Below, piece after piece: positions 38,796 through 47,540 of a stretch of 64,000 nucleotides of DNA. The first letter of the stretch is position 1; each line of letters begins with the position of its first letter. The notes beneath the pieces were generated by a model. It searched no databases. It worked only from the letters and a program-made list of their open reading frames with translations, and was not told where the DNA came from. Position numbers and translations under genes: made by a program. The stretch spans positions 1,024,001 to 1,088,000 of the forward strand of contig CBDDIJ010000003.1 in the NCBI GenBank assembly GCA_965228855.1, in the 5' to 3' direction. The stretch is from Candidatus Obscuribacterales bacterium (lineage in GTDB: Bacteria; Cyanobacteriota; Vampirovibrionia; Obscuribacterales; Obscuribacteraceae).

Positions 38796-39584
38796 TTATT
38801 GCTTAAGATTGTCGATACCATGTTTTGGGGATTGGTATTTGAAGACTTGCTTGTCCAGCAACTCGAAGATTTCTGGTTTGATTTTGAGGTCACTGCCGAA
38901 GGGCTGACTGTAAGCGGCTAGCAGCCAGATGTTTAAGCCTAAGCTGATTGCAATTAAAGCGGTGAGCATAGTATGCAACCGTCCCATCTTCGACGTGAAG
39001 AAGTAGGTGAATATGATCGTGATAGCTGAACCGAAAAATATAGCGATCCAGAGAACCGGAGAGATCTGCGCTCGGCATGCCACGCTTCGGGCGCGTCTTG
39101 TTTCCCCGAGTATTTTGGCTGACTCCAACATTGATGCTTGCAAATTATTTTCACGATCATTTTCAGGCATTACCTGGACGCAAGCCGACCAGAGCTTGCC
39201 ATAGACGTCCCAGCAATGAGGAGCCATTTCCATTCGGTCCATCGCTGCCCATTCCGTGCTAATTACGCAGTGATTGTAGTCTGCACACATATCTTGAATA
39301 TTCTTTCGAGCAGAAGGGCTCAGTCCTTCTGCCAGGCGATGAATATTTGCCAGTGCGTTGGCTTCGGTTGACACTTGCACATTGACTTCGTGGTATGACT
39401 CGATTGCGTTTGCTACCAGCAGTCCGAGCAGAAGCGAGAACAAAGTGCCAACAACACCGAGCATCGCCTCTACCATGCCCTGGCTTGGTTCAAGATTGTC
39501 TTGCTTCACCATTTTGTGAGTGAAGACTTGACCCACGACGGCAATCAACACCAGGACCGCTATGATGATGAGTGCTAGTGTCAT
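38796..39584 (-). CDS. DUF4239 / bestrophin-like membrane protein
   Basis: GVVGTLFSLLLGL, EANAL, EWAAM, ETRRAR, QPFGSDLKI pattern; 4 TMs. Confidence 0.72.
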   Translation of the reverse strand: MTLALIIIAVLVLIAVVGQVFTHKMVKQDNLEPSQGMVEAMLGVVGTLFSLLLGLLVANAIESYHEVNVQVSTEANALANIHRLAEGLSPSARKNIQDMCADYNHCVISTEWAAMDRMEMAPHCWDVYGKLWSACVQVMPENDRENNLQASMLESAKILGETRRARSVACRAQISPVLWIAIFFGSAITIIFTYFFTSKMGRLHTMLTALIAISLGLNIWLLAAYSQPFGSDLKIKPEIFELLDKQVFKYQSPKHGIDNLKQ

Positions 39585-39606
39585 GTTCTATTCTTGCGCC
39601 TGCTGT

Positions 39607-41070
39607 TTATTTTTCGGCTAACTTAACCGGGTAGATTACTGGTTTGGCAACCCACGCGCGTATGCCACCAAAGACCCGTGTGTTCACACCTGCATAACCG
39701 GGGCTGCTGTTTGCGCCCATGTTGAAGATTTGCTGGCAACGGATGTATGGCTCTATGGGCAGTGGCATCTTCGGCAGGCGGTATGCAACTTCTTCTGTCA
39801 GAATGATGACCTGGTTGTTGTGACCTTGTCTTAGATTCGAGTTCCCGAAGTTGTTGTTGAGCGTGAAGTCTCCGAGGAACTGCCAGCGGTTTTTGTTATG
39901 AACGGCGCCGAATGAATAGAACTGGTCGCCCTCTTGGAACTGGCTGAGCACCTCGCGAAAGCGAATCTGACCAAGCACTGTTCCATAGACTCTCGTTCCC
40001 AAGCCCACGTTTCTTATGACTGAAACAGAGGGGAGCAAATCGTTGAAGAACTGCGCGGAGAACTCGTCCGGCGTTGTGAACAAGGCACGAGCGAAGAAAC
40101 TTCCTGTGACCTGCCACTTGTTGCTGGTGTAGAAATCGTGGTCGACTTGTCCTCCAACCGAATGGAAGTTTCTATCCAGCGGATTCGCGTATTTGGTGTA
40201 TTGATCGCGGAGGAAGAAATAATTGGCGCTGACTCTGGTTTTCCTCGTTAGTGCGTAACCCAGAACAGTGTTAGGGAGTACACGGTAAATCATGTCCTGT
40301 CTGTAGTGATTTTTTGTCTGGTAGACGTTGGTCTCCAGACGAAGCGAGTTGTCCACGATCGCGCTGAAAAACAACCTGGGTGGCAGGGCATGTACAAACG
40401 AGCCCTGGAAGCCTTCCATTCTGTTGAAATGCGGGTTCCGGCGCGGCAGGCTTACCGGTGTTAAATCGAATTCTCTGGTGTCACTGGTATTACCGACGGT
40501 GTCGCTTTGAACGGACTGCGCGATATCGCCGGGACCAAGAGGTGCTTCGGCGCTCGTATCTGTCTGAACGGTTGGAGCCGGGCCTCGAAGTTGTGGCTGC
40601 GTGTCAGAGTCGAGCGCAACAGGAGAGAGGTCGGTGACTTCATTCTGGTTGACTTCCGCTTGTTGAACGCTCTCGCTGCTCGGACTCGTTGAATTCAAGT
40701 CGGCGGAAACTGCAGACGCGCCTGTCGAAATCGCGTTAGCTTCAGAGGCTTGCTTGAGGTTCGTCGCGGCTGAGGCGATTCTTATCGGTTTAATTTGAAG
40801 GTGTGCAGGCGAATAAACAGATGCTGGTGCCGGTTCGTCATGGGCATCTGAGGCGACAATAGTTTTTTCTGCGGTAGTAACAACTGCGTCTGTAGGCTCG
40901 AACATTGCTTTTGGCAACGAGTCGGCGACTGTTTCCAATGGGGATGAGACGAGTAACTGGGGAGCCCTTTGATTCTCGTTGTCTTGAGCTTGGACCGGTC
41001 CGACGAGCGCCAATGAGAGTGCCACCGCAATTGGTGCCAATGAGGTCAGGTGTAACATCCGTGACTGCAT
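39607..41070 (-). CDS. Exported protein, probable outer-membrane beta-barrel with disordered N-terminus
   Basis: Signal peptide (VQA-QD); S/T/P/A-rich linker; alternating aromatic beta-strands in the C-terminal half. Confidence 0.6.
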   Translation of the reverse strand: MQSRMLHLTSLAPIAVALSLALVGPVQAQDNENQRAPQLLVSSPLETVADSLPKAMFEPTDAVVTTAEKTIVASDAHDEPAPASVYSPAHLQIKPIRIASAATNLKQASEANAISTGASAVSADLNSTSPSSESVQQAEVNQNEVTDLSPVALDSDTQPQLRGPAPTVQTDTSAEAPLGPGDIAQSVQSDTVGNTSDTREFDLTPVSLPRRNPHFNRMEGFQGSFVHALPPRLFFSAIVDNSLRLETNVYQTKNHYRQDMIYRVLPNTVLGYALTRKTRVSANYFFLRDQYTKYANPLDRNFHSVGGQVDHDFYTSNKWQVTGSFFARALFTTPDEFSAQFFNDLLPSVSVIRNVGLGTRVYGTVLGQIRFREVLSQFQEGDQFYSFGAVHNKNRWQFLGDFTLNNNFGNSNLRQGHNNQVIILTEEVAYRLPKMPLPIEPYIRCQQIFNMGANSSPGYAGVNTRVFGGIRAWVAKPVIYPVKLAEK

Positions 41071-41272
41071 GCTTGTTTTCTTCGTTGCTAGTAAGAGTCG
41101 CGCCCGGGTTGCCAGTAGGAACGTGCCGTCATTCCACTGGCAGGATTATAACTCAAGTAAATCCGCCGGGTACTGCTATATGTCTAATAACCCCGTGCGA
41201 ACAAGCACTGGTGTTACCATGGTCCGAACATTTATTTGCAACTTATCACCGCGCCGAATTTCGGGGGGCACA

Positions 41273-41650
41273 TTGAGCAAGCATCTGAGTCACCGGGATC
41301 CCTCTATACGAGTGGTTCTTCAGCCAAAGGACACTAATAGTCAAGGGAGTATATTCGGTGGGGTTATCCTTAGCTATATAGATTTGGCTGGTGCGGTCGA
41401 ATGTGCAAAAACCACAAAACAGAAGATGGTAACTGTTGCTGTAAAAGAAGTGCAGTTCAAAGCTCCTGTATATACGGGTGAGGTAGTGAGCTTCTATACC
41501 AGTACAACCAAGGTCGGCAATACTTCAATTTCAGTGCATGTCGACGTTGAGGTTCTGCGCGGGCACGACACGATCGACGTAACCGAGGCTGATTTGACAT
41601 TCGTTTGCGTGGACTCTAACGGTAAGCCCACTCCGATTATTCGCACATAA
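41273..41650 (+). CDS. Acyl-CoA thioesterase (hotdog fold, YciA-like)
   Basis: PKDTNSQGSIFGGVILSYIDLAG, FKAPV, VGNTS; likely TTG start after a G-rich RBS. Confidence 0.9.
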   Translation: MSKHLSHRDPSIRVVLQPKDTNSQGSIFGGVILSYIDLAGAVECAKTTKQKMVTVAVKEVQFKAPVYTGEVVSFYTSTTKVGNTSISVHVDVEVLRGHDTIDVTEADLTFVCVDSNGKPTPIIRT

Positions 41651-41788
41651 CTCTGCCAAACCGATGCTGTTTAAACGACTCACATGAGGAGCTGCTCTTT
41701 AGCGACTTCCACTTTCCTTTTGCGGGTTTTTGGTGATGGCAAGTGGTAATGTGATCGATAGCCTTCGAATGCGAGATCAACTTTCCTC

Positions 41789-41814
41789 TTCTAAAGAGCG
41801 ATATCGGTTTAGAA
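41789..41814. repeat. Imperfect copy of the CGATATCG palindrome (TTCTAAAGAGCGATATCGGTTTAGAA)
   Basis: Shares CGATATCGGTTTAG with copy 1. Confidence 0.65.
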
Positions 41815-41991
41815 AATGTGGAGCCTTCTGGGGCGACTTTTGTCCTGTTGATGCCAAGAAGTAAAGTTGTGATCGAAAATTTTTAGCCAATCATTTAAGA
41901 ACAAGTTCAGGAGCAGGGTCTCAAAAGACCGTAACACAGGTATCATTATTGTCGCCGACAACATTTTGTCGCTAGACCGAGGTTATTTCTC

Positions 41992-42603
41992 ATGACCAAA
42001 ACGGAGTCCGCAACGATGACGACCGATTCACCCAAGAAAGAAGAGAAGGAGAGAATTCGCTTATATCTTGGAACCGCAAACGGCAAATCGACTGCAACGT
42101 TTGGCGTAATCCTTCGTGCGTTATCGACTGGTAAGAACGTTTCGATAACGTTCTTCGATAAGCTGGAAGGAAATTCGAGCGAAGGCAAGGCGCTGCGGAT
42201 ACTGGCTAATCATAAGGAAGATGGCTTCGGTCGATTGACAATCAACTATACCGGCGTCAATCGAATCGGAACCGGACCGAAGGGAAGCTTCCGTTTTTAC
42301 AGCGCGCCTAATGGAATTCTGCCGGAGGATAAAACCGCGGCTGAAGAGGGTGTACGACTGATCACCGAAGCTTTTAAGCGACACGATGATATCGTGATTG
42401 GTGACGAGCTACTCGACGTCGCACGCGTCGGATTGATTGAATGGGATGCCGTCAAAAAAATGATCGAGCAAAGAGCGGAGAATACCGTGGTGATCATGAC
42501 AGGCCGAAAAGCGCCTGATTGGCTTATGAAGGAAGCAACGACGATTTCTACTACAACGCAATTGAAGCATCACGGTCGTGCGATCGAAGGATTGGACTGT
42601 TAA
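41992..42603 (+). CDS. btuR: Cob(I)alamin adenosyltransferase, BtuR/CobO/CobA family
   Basis: LYLGTANGKSTATFG..LRA, SEG, DEL, IMTGRKAP, KH...IEGLD. Confidence 0.8.
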   Translation: MTKTESATMTTDSPKKEEKERIRLYLGTANGKSTATFGVILRALSTGKNVSITFFDKLEGNSSEGKALRILANHKEDGFGRLTINYTGVNRIGTGPKGSFRFYSAPNGILPEDKTAAEEGVRLITEAFKRHDDIVIGDELLDVARVGLIEWDAVKKMIEQRAENTVVIMTGRKAPDWLMKEATTISTTTQLKHHGRAIEGLDC

Positions 42604-42685
42604 CTCCAAGTCTCCTATGATCTGCAGAGAATTTATGTCAAAAGAATTCGCTGACGTTCCAATGCATTTGTAACAGATGCAGGAA

Positions 42686-43978
42686 CTATTCGATGCGGAA
42701 CAGTCGTCCGTCTCCAGGCGCGAGCTCTGTTTCAAATTCGCCGGTTTCGCTGACTGTCACATCTTTCCAGTTGTTTGTTTGGGGATCAAATTGAAAAGCG
42801 AATACGTGCTTATCGCCTTTCGGCGGTCGCTGCAATTTCAACTTACAAATTAAACTTGCTCTGTAATCTGTGTTGACGACCATGAAGTGATCGATATTTT
42901 TGCCTTTGGAAAATAGACCTAAGACGTACTTCCCATCTGTTTCGATTTGCACGGGAGACTCTGCTGGAACTGCCGACTTGCCAATTGAAATACTTTCGTT
43001 GTTGTAAACTTCTTTCGAATCCAGGGACATCATAATTGGACTGAGCGCCTTCAATTCTTTATTCAGTTCCTCGATAGGCTCAAGCAGCGGCTTGCTCGGT
43101 TTACCATCTTGATAGATGCCACCATATTTGGTGGGACCCCAGTACAGGAAATAACTGATTCCCCTGCCACCATATGCGAGAGTTGTATAAACTTGCCAGC
43201 GCAATTCGTTTGCGGTTGGAACGCGAAATGTTTCATCAAAAGCGCAGGCTTGAATAATGTTGATAAACGGTATCTGAGCGCTTCTTGCCGCTTCTCGAAT
43301 CAGACTCAGGTTTGCAAAATATCCTGGGATATCTTCCAGCTCACCAGTTTTGCTCTTATGAAAAGTGTAGAAGTCATAGCTGAGTAGGTCCGGCTTCACT
43401 GTTTCAATGTAATTCTTCAAGAACTTCATGTACGTTTTGGATGGATCAACGCCGGGTTCGATGGGCACCGCGTATCCAGGCACACCATAGACCGGAAGCA
43501 TGTTGATGAAACAATAGTGTTTTGGATCCCGAGCGCGCACAAATTCAACTACTTTTGCTAGCTCCGGAATTTCGGCTGCCTTGGGTTCGTCAAAAAGGTA
43601 ATAGCCTGCGAGTGCTGGATGGTTCTTCACTCGATCAATCACTTCCCCCAGCTCCTTGAGTTGAACGGGGTCTTTCGCCACCTCCGGAGTCAATCTTCCG
43701 TGTTCAAGCATTACCTTGATTCCGTTCTTCTGCGCAATGTCTAAGGTCTCTTCCGCGTTAGGAATTAGGTTGAAGTTCTCTGCAACGGAATTTTTGACGG
43801 TCTCTTCGGTCGGCGGCGCGGAGCAAGAGTAAGTGATGATTATCTCTTCCTGATTCCACTCGGTCTTATGGGCGCCGAGCACTTTTCTGGTTTTCGTACA
43901 GCCGAAAAGCAAACTGAGAAGTATCATCGGTAGTATCAGTAATGGAATGAGTTTGAAAAGCCGATTCATCTTCTGCAC
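42686..43978 (-). CDS. Lipoprotein with glycoside-hydrolase-like TIM-barrel domain
   Basis: Lipobox LLFGC; HPALAGYYLFDEP, SYDFY, LRWQVYTTLAYGGRGISYF. Confidence 0.68.
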   Translation of the reverse strand: MQKMNRLFKLIPLLILPMILLSLLFGCTKTRKVLGAHKTEWNQEEIIITYSCSAPPTEETVKNSVAENFNLIPNAEETLDIAQKNGIKVMLEHGRLTPEVAKDPVQLKELGEVIDRVKNHPALAGYYLFDEPKAAEIPELAKVVEFVRARDPKHYCFINMLPVYGVPGYAVPIEPGVDPSKTYMKFLKNYIETVKPDLLSYDFYTFHKSKTGELEDIPGYFANLSLIREAARSAQIPFINIIQACAFDETFRVPTANELRWQVYTTLAYGGRGISYFLYWGPTKYGGIYQDGKPSKPLLEPIEELNKELKALSPIMMSLDSKEVYNNESISIGKSAVPAESPVQIETDGKYVLGLFSKGKNIDHFMVVNTDYRASLICKLKLQRPPKGDKHVFAFQFDPQTNNWKDVTVSETGEFETELAPGDGRLFRIE

Positions 43979-44022
43979 CCTGGATGTCGTTCAGGTTCTA
44001 GTCCGCTTTTGGTCAATCTGCA

Positions 44023-44042
44023 CTCAACCGATATCGGTTGAG
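44023..44042. repeat. Perfect 20-bp palindrome CTCAACCGATATCGGTTGAG (copy 3)
   Basis: Read directly; differs from copy 1 by one compensatory pair (A/T to C/G). Confidence 0.85.
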
Positions 44043-44174
44043 CACACTTAGTTGGCTATCCCAGAATGACGGATTTTCGAAATTTCGTCATTCTCCCGTA
44101 GCCAAAAGAGTTCGTGGATTCGCGGAGACGACTGAAAATCCCTCCCTGGCGCTGATCTTGAGCGTTGACCTGCA

Positions 44175-44217
44175 CGATACGATCTAGTAGAAGTTCGGGG
44201 CGATACGATCTAGTAGA
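44175..44217. repeat. 17-bp direct repeat CGATACGATCTAGTAGA x2 (26-bp period)
   Basis: Copies at 44175-44191 and 44201-44217. Confidence 0.85.
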
Positions 44218-44228
44218 GGTTTGGGAGG

Positions 44229-44260
44229 AAAGAGCCTGGCGGTTTCCCACCAGGCTCTTT
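44229..44260. terminator. Intrinsic terminator downstream of ctpA
   Basis: AAAGAGCCTGG...CCAGGCTCTTT 11-bp stem 11 nt past the stop. Confidence 0.8.
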
Positions 44261-44271
44261 TGGCTTTATTG

Positions 44272-45705
44272 CTATTTGCCTTTTGCCGGCGTCGCTGTTG
44301 TGGACAGGCTGGCAGTTTCTTTGCCTTCAGATGCGATGTCCTTTTTGATCACTTCAATTGCTTTGTTCAGCTGGATGTCGTGACCATCAGCAGGCGACTT
44401 GTCGAACTGCTTATAGTGAATGTCAATCCACCAGGGACCTTTTCCGGCGTCGTAGTCTTTCTCTTTGAGTTCGACCTTGAAGTCGGGGTTGATACCGTGC
44501 TTGTGGATGTCGGTGTCGTTTGGTGTGAGGTATCTAGCGATTGTCACGTTGATGCCGGAGCCGTCATCAAGGCGATTGATTGCTTGGACCAGCCCCTTAC
44601 CGAAGCTGCGTTGCCCGACGAGCTTCGCTCTACCGTTGTCCTTGAGGGCGCCGCTCAAAATCTCTGAAGCCGAGGCGCTACCCTTGTTGATCAATACAAC
44701 CATCGGCTGTTTATTGATTGGACGATTCGATGAGAACGTCGACTGTTTATAGCCATCTGCGTCGATGGTGCTGACAATCACTCCGCGTTCGAGGAACATG
44801 TTGGCGATTTCGATAGCATTGCTGAGCAAGCCGCCCGGGTTGTTTCTCAAATCGAGAATCAAACCGTCCGTGTTTTCTACTTTGCGAAGAGCATCACGCA
44901 TCTCGGAATTTGCTTTCGATGAGATGAAGCTATCAAGTCTGATGTAGCCGATATTTCCAGGGAGAATTTCGCAATTTGCCACTGCTCGAATCGGAATTTC
45001 AGCGCGTTGAAGTTTCTTCTTGGTCTTCTTCTGATTCGGCGCCATGAATGTCAGGTCTACGGAACTATTGATTGGACCACGAATGTTTTTGACGACCTGG
45101 TCGAGCGATTGGCCTTTGACCGGTTTATCGTCGACTTCGATGATTTCCCAACCGGGAAGAATGCCCGCCTTGTATGCAGGAGTTCCTTCAATAGGGGCGA
45201 TTACAACTACTTTGTGTTCTTTGTTCATGCCGAGCTGCATACCGACACCGAACAAATGCGCTTCGATTTGAGAACGTTCTTCATCGAACGCTTCACGGTC
45301 TAGGAAACGGGTGTAGGGATCGCCAAGACTGTAGAGCATCGACTCGATGCCTTTGTGTGCGTCGTCAAGAGTCTTGAGCTTTCCATCGTAATGGTGCTTC
45401 CAGCGGTTCCAATCTTGAGTGCCACCGTCCGGCGCAAATTTTTGCTCGTAATACGTCTCTTTAATTAGCCGCCAGGCCCTTTGATAAAGCACTTGTGGCA
45501 TAACGGACGGACCCGTTTTCGCCTGGGCAAGGAGCATCGGATTGTCTTTGCCGGCGGCGCTTCCATCAGCCACCAGCACGTGAGAGTCAGTTGTATTCTC
45601 GCTGGCAATCAGCCAACTTTGAAATCCGAAGAAGCCTGCACAAAGAAGTAATGGAAAGCCAACTCGGGTTAGCGATTTTCGATTAAACAAGATCCGTCCT
45701 CTCAC
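44272..45705 (-). CDS. ctpA: Carboxyl-terminal processing protease (S41A, PDZ)
   Basis: LGDPYTRF, GVGM, IGYIRL, LDLRNNPGG, SASASEI, SFGKGLVQ, ARYLTP. Confidence 0.93.
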   Translation of the reverse strand: MRGRILFNRKSLTRVGFPLLLCAGFFGFQSWLIASENTTDSHVLVADGSAAGKDNPMLLAQAKTGPSVMPQVLYQRAWRLIKETYYEQKFAPDGGTQDWNRWKHHYDGKLKTLDDAHKGIESMLYSLGDPYTRFLDREAFDEERSQIEAHLFGVGMQLGMNKEHKVVVIAPIEGTPAYKAGILPGWEIIEVDDKPVKGQSLDQVVKNIRGPINSSVDLTFMAPNQKKTKKKLQRAEIPIRAVANCEILPGNIGYIRLDSFISSKANSEMRDALRKVENTDGLILDLRNNPGGLLSNAIEIANMFLERGVIVSTIDADGYKQSTFSSNRPINKQPMVVLINKGSASASEILSGALKDNGRAKLVGQRSFGKGLVQAINRLDDGSGINVTIARYLTPNDTDIHKHGINPDFKVELKEKDYDAGKGPWWIDIHYKQFDKSPADGHDIQLNKAIEVIKKDIASEGKETASLSTTATPAKGK

Positions 45706-46111
45706 TCAATAATTGAGTCCTATTCCAAAATATTAGATCAAATGCATCCAAGAAGTGACGGTTAGTCAGACAACCGTAACAACTAGGCACGTCAAATTTG
45801 GGCCCTTACTAAAGAAATACCTCTTTTCCATATAAAACTCACGCACCAATAGCCATATTCTTTCACTTAGGGGCAAATAAGATTTCCTGATGTGTGAACC
45901 TTTCGAATTTTTAATAATACCCCTTTCAAGTGGCTCTAGTCGATTATTGGGTCGCCTTTTTGCCGGGATTAGAAGAGAGTTTAAAAATTTCGCGTGTTCA
46001 TGTCAGTGGCTATTCGCCTACCATGTGCATCGACGGTCATTGAGCTTACTAGTTCCTCAATCGTAGTTGAAACTTTTGCCATTCGACTACCACTAAAACC
46101 CGGGGTGGAAA

Positions 46112-47230
46112 GTGTCCAAGGGATCCAGCACATTAGAAGCAGACAGCGGCGTTTTTGCGGCACAGATGCACTCGCGCGGCGATGTGGCGCCGGCTGAGGC
46201 GCCTGTCGCAGATAGCCAACAAACCGAATCAGATGAAGGCAGGCTAGGCTTTTCTGGGCGTTTTCCCTTGCCTCGTATTTCGCAGCAGTCAAAAACGAGA
46301 CTCAAACTCCTTATCAGTCTCGCCTTGTTCGGAAGCATTTTCGCCTTCGGAAAAATCGACCTCTCCGAAAGTATTCAAGCAGCAGTTGCGGCGGACAAAA
46401 AATATATTGTCAGCGCGTGCGCGCTTTTCCTCTTGAGCATTTTTGTGATGGCTCACAGGTGGCAACTTCTGGCTAACGCCGTTGGTCTGCAGAAGCCGTT
46501 TTTCAAAATGGTCCAGCTCTGCTACGTCGGGCTCTTCTTCAACCTTTTTCTGCCCTCCACGGTCGGTGGCGACGTCAGCCGCTGCTATTACCTGACCAAA
46601 GGCACTAACAAATACCTGCATGCCTTGACCTCCGTTCTCGTAGATCGGGCTATGGGTCTGGCTGTGCTACTGCTTTTTGCAACCCTGGGCTTGTTGTTCG
46701 GACCAGGCGGCAGTGGACTTCCTCTGCAGATGAAGGTGCCGATCTTCGCTCTCACCGCCGGAATGTATTGCGTAATTCCTTTCCTTCCCCAACTTTGCAC
46801 GCGCTTGCTTGGCGAACATAATTGGATCTCGAAGAAACTGAACCAAAGTTCTGCGAAGGTTTTCTGGGAAGACCGCGGCTTGATATTGATGACTCTGTTT
46901 TTGTCCGTGGTGAGCCAGATATTGATGGTCGCCTGTCACATCGCCGTCGGATTAGCGCTCGGACTCGATTCCATCCCGCTCTGGTATTACTTCGTGTTTT
47001 ATCCGATGGTTGCCGTTTTAGGATTCGTCACACCGAGTGTCAATGGCATCGGTATTCGTGAATGGGCTTACACATACTTTCTGGCAATTATGGGAGTGGA
47101 AAACTCGGTTGCGCTGACCTACGCGTTAATCTGGTTGGGTCTCACGACGATGGGTAGTGTCGTCGGCGGTATCGTCTATGTCCTCGGTCGGTTTCGTCCG
47201 ATTGAGAAGGACGCGCAGGCTGCATCTTAG
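46112..47230 (+). CDS. Lysylphosphatidylglycerol synthase TM / flippase-like (UPF0104) membrane protein
   Basis: RWQLL, GLFFNLFLPSTVGGDVSR, SVLVDR, PSVNGIGIRE. Confidence 0.85.
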   Translation: MSKGSSTLEADSGVFAAQMHSRGDVAPAEAPVADSQQTESDEGRLGFSGRFPLPRISQQSKTRLKLLISLALFGSIFAFGKIDLSESIQAAVAADKKYIVSACALFLLSIFVMAHRWQLLANAVGLQKPFFKMVQLCYVGLFFNLFLPSTVGGDVSRCYYLTKGTNKYLHALTSVLVDRAMGLAVLLLFATLGLLFGPGGSGLPLQMKVPIFALTAGMYCVIPFLPQLCTRLLGEHNWISKKLNQSSAKVFWEDRGLILMTLFLSVVSQILMVACHIAVGLALGLDSIPLWYYFVFYPMVAVLGFVTPSVNGIGIREWAYTYFLAIMGVENSVALTYALIWLGLTTMGSVVGGIVYVLGRFRPIEKDAQAAS

Positions 47231-47540
47231 TTTTTGGCGAACAACTTCCGCCTCCTAAACAGCTCTCCGGGCGGTTTTGCATGAGTTTTCGTAGCGGTCA
47301 TTTGCAGAAGAACGTTCGGAACGCGTCTATCCGGTTTCTACCTTACAACTGCTGAACTAGATTCGCTCACAGAAGTTCCATTTGCAATGGGGTTCTGTTT
47401 CAGAAACGACTGCCGGCTAATCGCGCTTCTGTTTCCTGTCATACATGCTTATCTAATCCGGTGCAAACTAAACCATAGAGAAATCAGCAGTCCAGATAGC
47501 TAACCTATCTGGCACTGAATCAACCTTCCGAAATTTTCGA

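Noticed and set aside
41650..41991. Cobalamin riboswitch upstream of btuR
   Set aside because: No recognisable B12-box or GGGAA/GCCACTG-type core; only generic pairing, reported separately.
44175..44217. Possible CRISPR mini-array
   Set aside because: Only two 17-bp copies with a 9-bp spacer, and no cas genes.
44056..44250. 64-aa minus-strand ORF
   Set aside because: Starts inside the terminator hairpin and runs through repeats; no RBS.
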